Of a DNA stretch of 64,000 nucleotides, positions 1-11,070 are shown piece by piece. Below the pieces are notes generated by a model that did not search any database, was not told the origin of the DNA, and saw only the letters and a program-made list of their open reading frames with translations. How positions within the stretch are numbered: the stretch's first letter is position 1; each line of letters opens with the position of its first letter. The DNA is from Marsupella aquatica. Lineage: Eukaryota > Plantae > Marchantiophyta. The stretch spans positions 9,735,875-9,799,874 of the forward strand of contig OZ316891.1 of NCBI GenBank assembly GCA_973895155.1. Reading direction: 5' to 3'. Position numbers and translations under genes: made by a program.

Positions 1-162
1 TTCATTTTACAAGTGAGTAGACTGTTGGTGCGAGCGATCAAAGATTCTAATTGAAAAGATTCATTTCCATGGATCCTTGCATGGGACTAAGTACTGTAGC
101 AAGTCTTTTCAATCAGTATGGACTTGAGACCTGGACGGAAAGACAAAGTAGGGCGTGTGCAG

Positions 163-396
163 TCAAAATTGATACTCTCGTTTTTCTCACAGCACAGCCC
201 ATGATGGTTTTGGCTCAAAAACCCACACTATGCAAAGGCAAAAACAGTGGAAAAGATGACATGAACAACAGCACTAATTTCAAAATTGATACTCTCGTTT
301 TCTCACAGCACAGCCCATGATGGTTTGGCTCAAAAACCCACACCATGCAAAGGAAAAACAGTGGGAAAGATGACATGAACACCAGCACTAATTGCA
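163..396. repeat. Tandem duplication, two copies of a ~117-bp unit
   Basis: tcaaaattgatactctcgtttt...atgaacaacagcactaatt begins at 163 and again at 280, with a few substitutions and small indels. Confidence 0.9.
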
Positions 397-570
397 AAAC
401 ATGTAGTTTTAATATATCTTAACGTTTGCGATGGAGGTGTTCGATACTGCAAGCAAGGAGAGTGTTGTTAGCAAGTCACTAGTGGTTTACATTTTTTTAA
501 TTTCTTTTGCTTTTTGCTGCCAAATATATATTTTTGAGTTTGTTTATGACTCCAAATGGGTACAATGAGT

Positions 571-1213
571 GAAGGAGAGTTTTGTTAGCAAGACACTAGT
601 GGTTTTTATTTATTTTGTGTTTTTTGCTGCCTTTAATATGTTTTTATTTTTTTTATGACTCCACATGGATAGTAAGCTCGCTAGCAAAAAGAAGAGTCCC
701 ACAATGTGGAGGTATTTGTTTGATCAACCCCCAAATGAAAGTTGTTATTTGATAGACCCTTTGAAGTCTATTAACGGTCCAGATCTGAGATCGAAAGGTC
801 CATCAATGGTCCAGATTGGAGGAACGTATCAAGGGGGTTGATTAAGCAAACTTTTTCGAGAAGGGGGTCTACTAAGCATATCTCTCCACAATGTGTGTTA
901 TCTACCAGTTTGTTATTAATCAGTCAGTTGGATTTAGAAAAATTTGGGGTCATGTGAGTAAAAGTTTTGTTGGTGTGAGTAAATATTTTATTTTGGTGTG
1001 GGTATAATGCCTGAAGGAGAGTTTGGTTAGCAAGACACTAGTGAATTTTTTTTTTTCTGCATATTAAAGACTTCACATGGCTAGTAAGCTCGTTAGCAAA
1101 AAGAGGAGTCCCACTATCTATGTTATCAACCAGTTTGTTATTAACCGGTCAGTTGGATATAGAAAAATTTGGGGTCATGTAAAAGTTTTGTTGGTGTGAG
1201 TAAATATTTTATT
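571..1213. repeat. Degenerate direct duplication (~571-993 and ~1013-1213); the first copy is interrupted by a MITE
   Basis: Blocks gaaggagagttt(t/g)gttagcaagacactagtg, gact(c/t)cacatgg..agtaagctcg and accagtttgttattaa..gtcagttgga...aatttggggtcatgt occur in both copies. Confidence 0.85.
708..885. mobile_element. Small Mutator-type MITE (~178 bp) with 9-10 bp TSD
   Basis: Flanked by ccacaatgt(g) at 699-707 and 886-894. Imperfect inverted ends (ggaggtat...aaccccc / ggggg...atatctct). Absent from the paralogous copy at ~1110-1125. Confidence 0.75.
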
Positions 1214-1546
1214 GTTTCCTCACAAGCTACTACGACTCCCTTTGCGATGCATTAATCAGCAACACCTGAGCTGATCTGACACGTGCTCTTCTGGACGTTG
1301 ACACGTAAGCTCCCCCGGCCAGTACAGTAGACATCGCATGATCGACGAGCACAAGTGAAGTCTGGAGTATCAAGCGAGTTTTGAGCGACGAAGAATTGGA
1401 GAGTAAATGGGTTTTTCTTTGGGTCTCTCTAGACTCTTGTTTCTGGACTGTCCTTGAAAGCTGTTGGTTTTTGGTGTGGATTAGAGCGCACTATAACTCG
1501 TGTATCCAGGATTGGAATCGATTGCGCTGGACAGAATTCTGCAATC

Positions 1547-2008
1547 ATGGAATCTGAGAAACAGGAGGGAATGCAGATCCTGCAAGAGCAAGGAGGTGAT
1601 ATCTTGAGCGCTAGTAGTTATCAAGAGCAAGAGCTTCGACATACTAACAGCATCGGAGACAAAGGACGAGATGAAAGCACGCAGGCCGGTGATTTCTTGC
1701 GGGGGAGCAGAGGAGACGAGCCATCCAGCGCTTTGATGCACATACTTCAGGATCATCATCACCACAGCCACCATGAGAAGACGCAGAGCAACTCCAAAGC
1801 GTCAGCAGCAGCGGCAGGAGACAAATCTGGCGATGCTGTAGAGACCGTGGAGGGGAAGCCCTGGGATGTTGCAGGAGATGCGGCAAACGGGAAAGGAGTC
1901 GATCAAGAAAGTTCTTCCCATCGTTTGCCTCATCAGGAGGTGCCTCAACCAGGACAGTACACTGACATGGATGCTGTGGTTGAATTTGTCGCCTTGGCAG
2001 ATGTGTAA
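1547..2008 (+). CDS. Putative hydrophilic/disordered protein (153 aa, His tract), function unknown
   Basis: ATG in good context (atcATGG). Rich in E/Q/D/S/G/A with an HHHHSHH tract. No family recognised. A possible donor (gt|gtaagg) overlaps the stop. Confidence 0.45.
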   Translation: MESEKQEGMQILQEQGGDILSASSYQEQELRHTNSIGDKGRDESTQAGDFLRGSRGDEPSSALMHILQDHHHHSHHEKTQSNSKASAAAAGDKSGDAVETVEGKPWDVAGDAANGKGVDQESSSHRLPHQEVPQPGQYTDMDAVVEFVALADV

Positions 2009-3959
2009 GGAGAACGTACTGACTCTTGGAGTTTTCTGTAAATCTAATGGAACAACGAGGCCAACACTTCCGGATCCTGAAAGAATCTCTGAGTTGCGGA
2101 TTGCGATGTCAGAGATTAATGGAGAGAGAGGAAGATTATGGAATGGATTCGAGCTTTGCGTAGGCACAGTGGACGCGATTTCACCGAAATCGGTATCGGC
2201 AGACTTTTGCAGCAGGGAGGCGAAGGACTCGTTTTCTACTTTCTGCTTAAGTGGTTACTCTCTTTCCAGATAGATGAGATTTGAGCCAGGGAAGGGATCA
2301 AGCTAAGAGATTAGTTCATGAATTGACTTTCATGTAGGGCGTAAGCAGAAAGGTAGAAACCATCGATCGCCAAAGTAGATGAAGTCCCACCACAAGGTTC
2401 GCGGTCTAGATTGAAGATGAGCACATTCGGAGTCTTTGCTACGCAAATGTTCTATTTTTTGGTAGTTTGGTTTTGCACATGGAACACGAGGAATGTGATA
2501 AATGATCTAACCGGCTAAGGGACTCTTTTTGGCTCTCGAAGCTAGTCCAGTGCTTTGTTGTAAATAAACATTTTTCTATCATCATCATCGGAAGCCTTTC
2601 AGTATGTTAATGCTTCATCATGTTCCATAATTTGTTCATCATGTACAGTCTGTTCAGTTATAGATGGTACAGAGCAGTCGTGCCATTCATCCCATTGGTT
2701 TCTGCTTGTGCTCTAGTTTCTAGCTCTTCTCAATTTGAGTGTGAAGTATTTCTCTTGACTGATCTTGGATAATCAAAATTTGAAAGCTATGGTTCTTGTT
2801 GTCTTTAACCAATTTCACCTGAAGATTTATTACATTTCTTATGAGAGATACCAAGAGGATTTGACCTCGTCGGAGAGAGGAGTAATGATGCATAGCCTTA
2901 CCGAAAGGTAAAGTAGAAATTCTATCGTTGCCCAGTGGATGGACAGAGTCACAAATGTTGTCGATACTCTAATGAAACTGGAGGATTAAAGTAGACAATT
3001 GCACTAAAGTGTGTTTCTGAAATTGCATCTCTGGAAAAATTACGTTACCCTTCAAGTGTTCAAACTTTACTCTCATCCCTTGACGATTATGGTAGAAGCG
3101 TGTTTGATGAGCAATGCATGAATGCTTTAGATCTCGCAAGATTAGATATTGTACGCCTCAAATCTCACATTTGACCCATTTAGAGCAGTGAGAAAACAAA
3201 TCACTTGACCACTCCGCAATCTACACTATTCGATTGCAGTTTCAAAGTAATCGAAAGCAACAAGACTAAAATCCAGACATTGTTTGCCCAATTCTGGATA
3301 CACATGGAGTACTAGTGAGCAGCTCCTGGTTGCTCCTTTTGCTGCATCCAGTATGTCATGCAGGGAAATCCTTAAGTGTTCAACAATCCTGGCAGAAAAG
3401 TGACACTTAAGTTGGCAAGTGCCCACACAGCCGGTTCCTTAGCTTATTCTTTATAAAGTGCAGATTGGAGTGTGCTATCATCCTCCACAAATCCCAACAT
3501 TGCTACACAAGAAATGTCTTTTGGCTTTTCTCTCCTACCCAAAAAAAGACTGCATCCACCTGGCTTAATTTCAGAGGTTTTCTTAATCTTTTTAGCCAGG
3601 AAGAAGATGCTTAGAGTACTCCTTATCTACTTTTCCCAGATTATTTACTCCCAAGGTTCTCCTTAGACTCATGTAGCTAATGAGGTATGTGACTACTGTA
3701 GATGAGAAACTGTCTAATGGAAGACGAAAAAAATAGTGGCCTTTTGCCAAAACTGACCAAGGACTTTTTAAAGGAGTGTAATCTTGCCAGATTTCTAGAC
3801 TGGGAAAAACACTGCCCGCACCCCTTTATCCCCCTCCTCTCTTTTTTCACCCCAAGCAGCATATGTCAAATCACATGGGCTGAAGGCCCCACCATCATTA
3901 AATTAATTGAACGAAATGAGTGGATGGAAAAGAAGATGAGGTGATGGCATGCCAAGTGG

Positions 3960-4715
3960 ACGTACGCCTCATCTATACCATCCTTGTCCTTGGGGCTCCC
4001 TCACAGTCGCTCACTCACTCGCGGCCTCAACTCCCCTTCGGACTGGGCAGACGGTGCCCCCATTTCGCACAGTTCATGCCTCGTAATCCTACGGCCAGAA
4101 TCCCCGCCTAAATGTCAGTTCAGGTCTAGAGGCACTGAATACCGTCAGATAAGGCGCCGTTGGCTGATTACCGGCTCCACAGTCACTTTTCACGGTCGCA
4201 ATAATGGGTTTGTCACAGGAGAGTGCCCCCGTTTTGCACAGTTCATGCCTCGTAATCCTACGGCCTAAATGTCAGGTCAGTTCTAAAGCCACTGGATACT
4301 GTCAGATAAGGCGCTGCAAAATGTGGCTCGAACTCACCGTCACATCGCAGTCGGCTGATTATCGGCCCCACAGTCAGTTTTCACCCCTCGCATGGTTTTG
4401 TCACAGGAGAGTGGAAATGGACGCCTCATCCACACTAGCCTTGTCCTTGGGGCGCCCACAGTCAGTCAGTCGCGGCCATAACTCCCCCTCGGACCAGACA
4501 GACGGTGCCCTCATTTCGCACAGTTCATGCCTCCTAATCCTACGGCCAAGATCCCCGCCTAAAAGGTCAGTTCACTTCTAAAGCCACTGGGTACCGTCAG
4601 ATAAGGCGCTGCAAAATGTGGTCCGAAGTCACCGTCACATCGCAGTTGGATGAGTATCGGCCCCACAGTCAGTCTTCTCGGACGCATGTTTTTGTCACAG
4701 GATTGTGGAAATGGA
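3960..4715. repeat. Degenerate tandem triplication immediately upstream of HPR
   Basis: cacagttcatgcctc(g/c)taatcctacggcc, gtcagataaggcgc and ttgtcacagga each recur three times (units start near 3960, 4220 and 4420). Confidence 0.85.
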
Positions 4716-4871
4716 TGACGGGCGAAGAGCACGGAGAGGAAGAAAGGAAGAGTTCGATTCCCCCTTTTGGCGAGAAGAACGGTAAATTCAATCCTGTCTC
4801 TCATTGATACTCGAAGAGTGGTTGCGACGGACGAATTCTCTCACTCTCTCTTTACTCCAGTGAAGTGCGCA

Positions 4872-7800
4872 ATGGCTGGTTATGGAGTACAAGTGTACAA
4901 TGCGGGAGGCAAGTACCGAGTCATCAGCACGAAGCCCATGCCCGGGGAGCAGTGGATCAAGGCTCTCATCAATGCCGGCTGTCGAGTTGAGGTAAGAAGT
5001 GATCCAGTGAAGTACGCGATAGGAATCCAATTCATTTCGGTCTTTTGTCGCTCGGATAATTGGTTTGATTTGAGAGGTCTTGAGCTCAATTTGCGTTTGA
5101 TGGTGTATTCCTGTTCAACTTGAGAGCAAAGCCGAGGTGAGAAACTAAGCAGAGGATTGTATAACATTTTTTCGTGAGGATCCCGGTCGCTTGTCTCGAA
5201 TCGCACTGGAAGTTTTTTCGCTGACGTAAGGCCTCGCCCGCCTGCTCCTCCTCTTTTTTCTAGCATTGGGCAGATTCTATTAGCTTGAACGCGATTGTTT
5301 CAGAAAGCAAGGTCCAAGTCGAAGGAGTTAGTACAGACATCCCGGGAGTTTGACGTTCAGCAAGACTCTGCAAGCATTTAGTTTAACTCTCGTGTGGACA
5401 AGAATTTCTGTTTTGGAGCTCAGTTAGAGGCACATCCTCTGGATGGCCTTTGTTGACATTATTTCTTAGCTCTATATATCGGCAATGCTTCATTCTGTGA
5501 AAGATTCTATCATGGCAACGGTCGAAAGAGCTTGTCAAAATTCGTCCAGATTTCTTCTGTAAAACGAACAGAGTTTTCCTCTTCCGATCTCGCTATACTT
5601 CAAATTTTAATTCCTCCTTTACAAAGATAATTATGCTGAACGTCACTTAAAAACGATCCTTACCCCTTTAAAATCTACTATTGGAGCAGCGCAGTTCGTT
5701 TGGTTCTACGTATATTCAATGAGAATTTGCTTTATGAAAGAGGATCGATATAATGTCAGAGAAATTTAACTCGTGGTGTTTTGTGGTAGATTTGCACCGA
5801 GAAGAAGACTATTCTGAGCGTTGAAGACATTGTATCCTTGATTGGGTCCCGATGTGACGGCGTCATTGGCCAGGTACTGACAGATTTGGTCAATTCTTCT
5901 CCTGTGCCTCTCGTGAATTCAGCATCGTGACATGAAGGCATTTATCATAATCCTTACGTGTGAATCCTATATGTTCTGATTTGATTTTCAGTTGACTGAA
6001 GACTGGGGCGAGACATTATTTTCAGCCTTGAAAAGAGCTGGAGGTCATGCTTACAGCAACATGGCAGTTGGTTACAATAACGTTGATGTGGACGCGGCCA
6101 CTAGAAATGGAATTTCTGTAGGCAATACTCCCGTAAGTTTCGTAACATATTTTGCCTAGATCTATCAGTTCATGTTTCCACTCGAATGTAGCCAGGTCTG
6201 TTACCAAGTTATTCAGCAGTGATATTTGTCCTATTGCCTCCCCTCCCCCCCCCCCGCCCCCCCACCACCAAGATGAAAGGAACAGTACCTGGTAAATGTA
6301 ATCTCATTGGAGTGTGATTGAAATGCTCTGTGTTAACATTAGTCCTCTGGCGACAAACAGTTTCCAGTCTAGTATTCACGACTGTGCCACACTCATTAGT
6401 CGAAACTGCTGGTAATTATCCTGATGCCTGATGAACCTCGTTGTAATCGAGGATGGTTTAAAAGTCCATAGCCATCAAGAATTTTATGATCTCACCAATT
6501 GGTAATTAAGCTTTCTTACGCAATTTCCTAGTCATCCTGAGACTGGAGAATTTAAATTCACACGGTTGAGTCGGTAAGTTGAAAGGGCAATATGCAATCA
6601 TCCTTAGGAGCTCACTCTCCGACGCTCTAAAGGGTGTATTGACAGAGACTACAGCCGAGCTAGCAGCAGCATTGACCCTTTCGGCAGCGCGTAGGGTCGT
6701 GGAAGCAGATGCCTTTATGCGTGCTGGCAAATATGATGGCTGGCTCCCAACATTGTATATCTTCTTTCCCTCATATGCCAATGGCAAATGTCTTTTGCGC
6801 ATTTTCTGCTTACTGGATCCCTTATTTGATAAATATTGCTGGTTGCCTATCAAGCTAGTCGTGACAGGCATTAGTTGCTGAATGCTGAATGTGGAGTTCA
6901 ATAAGATCGTCAATCAACTTGTTAATTTGTTGCTTACAGAAAAGCAAGAAATTTTTTATTTCTTATGTTGGTACTTGACATTTTAAAAATGAATCAAACA
7001 CAGGTTCGTAGGCAACTTGCTGAAAGGGCAAAATGTTGGTGTCATTGGTGCGGGAAGAATCGGTTCAGCCTACGCACGTATGATGGTATTTCCGTCGCAT
7101 TCTAGTTTAAGTTGAGATCTTTGATTTAATTTAGTCTGATCTAAATTGCGATTTTGGATGATGTCTGCATTATATATACAAATTCATGCAGTCAGTTCGA
7201 ATGCGAGGACCGAACTGTAACCCGATACGTTTGGTCACAGGTGGAGGGCTTCAAAATGAATGTAATCTACTATGATCTGTATCAATCGAAGTTTCTAGAA
7301 AACTTTGTAACAGGTATATGCAGATTCCTTGAAACTCTTGACACTGCGTCATCAATCCGTTCAGTCGATTTCATTTTCTTGATCAATTCCTAAAAGTTGG
7401 TGATGGTTTCCTGACCGTGACAAGTGGATGACAGCTTATGGAGCATTCCTGAAGACACAAAATGAGACTCCTGTGACGTGGAAGCGAGCTGCCTCACCTG
7501 AGGACGTATTGAGGGAAGCAGACGTGGTATGAGTTGTTACCTAGCTATTCCCTAGTCAGGGAAGTGTTTTCCATTGGTCCAGAACTTTTATCAAAACAAG
7601 CGAAGAGATCGGTTATCTTAGGGTGTATTCTCCATCCAAGCTTAACCTGGGAAAATGCAAGCAAACTTTTTGAAGTTTCATTACCAAATGTGCACAGCGG
7701 TGATTAGATTGGCTCGTGACCAAGAAACGTTAATTAAGCTTTTTAGTTGACAGCTTCAGACAGTGTCTGGGCACTGAAACTGACAGTTTATGGTTACTCG

Positions 7801-9395
7801 AATTGTAGATAAGTCTCCATCCCGTATTGGATAAGACAACTTACCATCTGATAAACAAGGAACGACTTGCAATGATGAAAAAGGTAATTTCGAGTCCATG
7901 AGAGAAATTGTATATCATTTTGATTATTTCATGTCTGCTTGAATTGGGTGCCTGCATCGTGTTTTGAGACGAATGCCACCTTTATTTGGCAAGTTGCTTC
8001 TGTAACTAAGGCAGTTCTTGTAATCTATACACACTAATCTTAACTGATTGGATGAGTAGGAAGCAGTTCTGGTGAACGCCAGCAGAGGTCCTGTCATTGA
8101 TGAAGTTGCACTCGTGGAGCACCTTAAAGCCAATCCTATGTTTCGAGTAGGCCTTGATGTGTTCGAGGTAAATCTGAGACAAAATTCTGTGCAGTAGGAA
8201 CGCAACTCACTTTGTGCATAGATTTGGTGAAAGAAGTTCGTCATTAAATGTCTAGATATGGAACTGATATGTTGTCCCTGTGGACATATGTACTACAGGA
8301 CGAGCCTTACATGAAGCCAGGACTTGCAGAGCTACCGAATGCTGTGGTGGTGCCACACATTGCATCAGCTTCAAAGGTACAAAGAGGACATCTTTCCTCC
8401 ATATCGTTTAATAATAGTGTCTGGAATTGGATTTTCAACTTGTTATCTATCCAACCTTTTTCTGTTGAAATTGGATCTGCGATGAAATGCCTGTTTAAAG
8501 ATTTGTCGACGTTAAACTCTGCCTGTGCCCTTTGATGCACGGTTATTGCATCTTACGCTCAGTTGATATAGATTTCACAGAAGTGAATTTCCTTTCTAAT
8601 TCCTTGAGCATGCGTTCCATTTTGTTCATGAGGGGTAGCGTAGGTGTGGACCACTGTTTTAAAAAAAGGATCTAACTCTTTGATTGTGCTCTGTGACTTG
8701 GTGAGAAGGTCGTTGCAGACAGAACCTTTTTGATCTTAACATTGATTGTGGGGATAATTTGTGCAGTGGACTCGCGAAGGAATGTCATTGCTTGCAGCTC
8801 TGAATGTCGCGGTGAGTAATAAATTACATCATTCCCTTTCCGGAGACCTCGTCCAGAAATGAGGAATAAGAAGGGTTAGGTTGGCTGGTCCAAGTTACTG
8901 GATGTACCTCAGGAGACCCAGTCTGGATGTCATAAACATATTGTGGGTTCCATTTGTTTTAGCTTGTCACATAAATCAAATGACAAGCCCTAGCTCTGAA
9001 TTTCAGACTGACTGCTTATGGCTAGGGGAAAGTTATGAAAGAGGTTATGCTAATTGTATCTGATGTGGCTCTAAAATCGCAGGCAAAGATACAGGGCTAC
9101 CCGGTCTGGTACAATGGCAATATGGTACTACCTTTTCTCGATGAAAGCGTGCCACCACCACGAGCAGCCCCCAGCATTGTCAATGCCAAGGCCTTGGGTA
9201 AGTAGATTACATTGCCATGGATAACTTATTCTCTAAAATAAGCCTGAAAGTGTGATTGATCTGCTGCATGGACTTCTTAGAGCCTTAAGTATGGTTCGTT
9301 TTGAAGTTGTGCTCAAAGGTGAATCTACAGTAGCTCACTAACATGTGTGAATTTGTACAGGATTGAAGACCGCTGATCCTCCGTCAAAGCTGTGA
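4872..9395 (+). CDS. HPR: Peroxisomal hydroxypyruvate reductase / glycerate dehydrogenase (13 exons)
   Basis: Exons with GT-AG boundaries and consistent phase, e.g. 4872-4991, 5790-5873, 5992-6132, 6633-6754, 7004-7085 ... 9361-9395. Peptides include YRVISTKPMPG, MAVGYNNVDV, GVLTETTAELAA, GVIGAGRIG (NAD binding), LVNASRGPVIDE and VVVPHIASAS. C-terminus DPPSKL* is a PTS1. Confidence 0.97.
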
Positions 9396-11070
9396 AAGTC
9401 AAGTCTGGTCTTGTGAATCTTGTCCACCAAAATAGAGGCAGAAACTCAGTTGTCCAAACCGTTTTCCCGTAATAAGGGTTGTAGTTTAGACGACAGAGAG
9501 CAAGTGGTGGAGGAGGTAGTAGTAATAAGTTACCAAACAAGTGGACGAAATTATTTATAATGTAGCTGAAGTGAAGTTGGCTTGCGAGCAGAACCAACGT
9601 TGTACAATTTTTTCAAAGAAATGTCAAAAGCATGTATTATACTTTCGATGGGCGTTTCTGGCACACCTGGAAGTCGAGTGCATGAGACGAGTTCTGATCA
9701 GCTGTGAGTTGGACAAAAGAATTATATCAGAGACGTGTTGTCGCCCTACAATCAGAGTGAACGCCAAGAAACTAGAGGGCATCATTCCTCCATCACTTGA
9801 CAAATCTCTGTCAAAAGAATCCAAAAAACAAAATACCTGATCGAGTGTCAACTTTTGATAGGTATATCGAACGAATGATTGGGAAGATCGGGCATCTTAA
9901 GTTGTTGCGACATTTTCGATGGGAAGTCTGAATAAAGCTATAAACAGAGCGTTCAAAGGACTTCACTCAAAACGTTAGTGGTTTGCACCCACGGAAGTCA
10001 AAAAGCCTTTGTGACCGTCATAAGATAAGTCGTATATATCGAGGAGAATTTCGAGAATGAACACGCACAGAGTTACATTCATCCCGACCAAAGCTTTGAA
10101 ACAACATAAATCTGGTGCAAATGAGTTGTACAATTTGCAAACGTGAACCGCTATTTAGATTGAGAATCGATCACCGGGATCAGCGAGCGGTACAGGCCTT
10201 GGTCAAAACTTCCAAGTTACTGGGGTACACAGTAAGCGTTGTAGACGCAACGTCCTTCATGGAACGAACGCTGGCTCATTAATTTCTAGCACTAAATCAC
10301 GCCAACAATTAAGAACTCTTTTCTACAATCTGCAAAGCTCAACTATGTTACACTTGAACTCCTGTGGCCGCTGGACGCCTTCTGGGTCCCCCTTCAGGGT
10401 CATCTGCTGAGATTACTTCACCGCACTGATACTGAATACAACGGACTGAGTGGAACTCTTCCAGAAGAATTGGAGGATTTTGAATTCAGTTTATACCCGT
10501 GTTTGTAGACTTCATTCGCCGGAATGTTTTTGTTCTTGATCTCACCCCTTCTAAGACATTGCAGCTTCCCTCAGTAGAGCAAATCTTTGTTGAATGGTAT
10601 TTCACATTTCACGTCCCACCGTTACATGCGAAAACACTGCTTCGCGCATAGTATCTATTCTGCATCAATCGAGGGTGGAATGTACATTACTCGAAGAATA
10701 GATTCGGGAAGTTTAGATACTCATGCACGTTCGACAACAGCAGCTTAGACTCCCCATTTTCACGAAAAAGTTTCCTGCAAAGACGAACCTTTTACATACG
10801 TCTAGAAAAACGTCTCTCGTAAGTCTATGCTATTAGATGATGATGACCAGGCCTAACAGTCTGAGTGCCTAGATTAGCATTTTGGTCCAGCAGTGCAACT
10901 TCTAATTTCTCCTTCAAGCCCATCAAACCAAATCACTTCTGGATGTCGAGTTGGAGTGTACCAGCAACGGGTCTTGTGCTGCTCGAGGCTGCGACGGTAT
11001 TAATGCTTCTGTAGGCATTGGGCCTTTCTGTCCTTGCATCATCATGCACAGCAAAGTCTTCGAGCTATTA

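Noticed and set aside
6238-6270. Poly-C tract / potential G-quadruplex in HPR intron 3
   Set aside because: A simple homopolymer run with no supporting evidence of function.
6750-6770. U12-type intron donor in HPR (gtatatctt)
   Set aside because: Does not match RTATCCTT, and no U12 branch site was seen; treated as an ordinary GT-AG intron.
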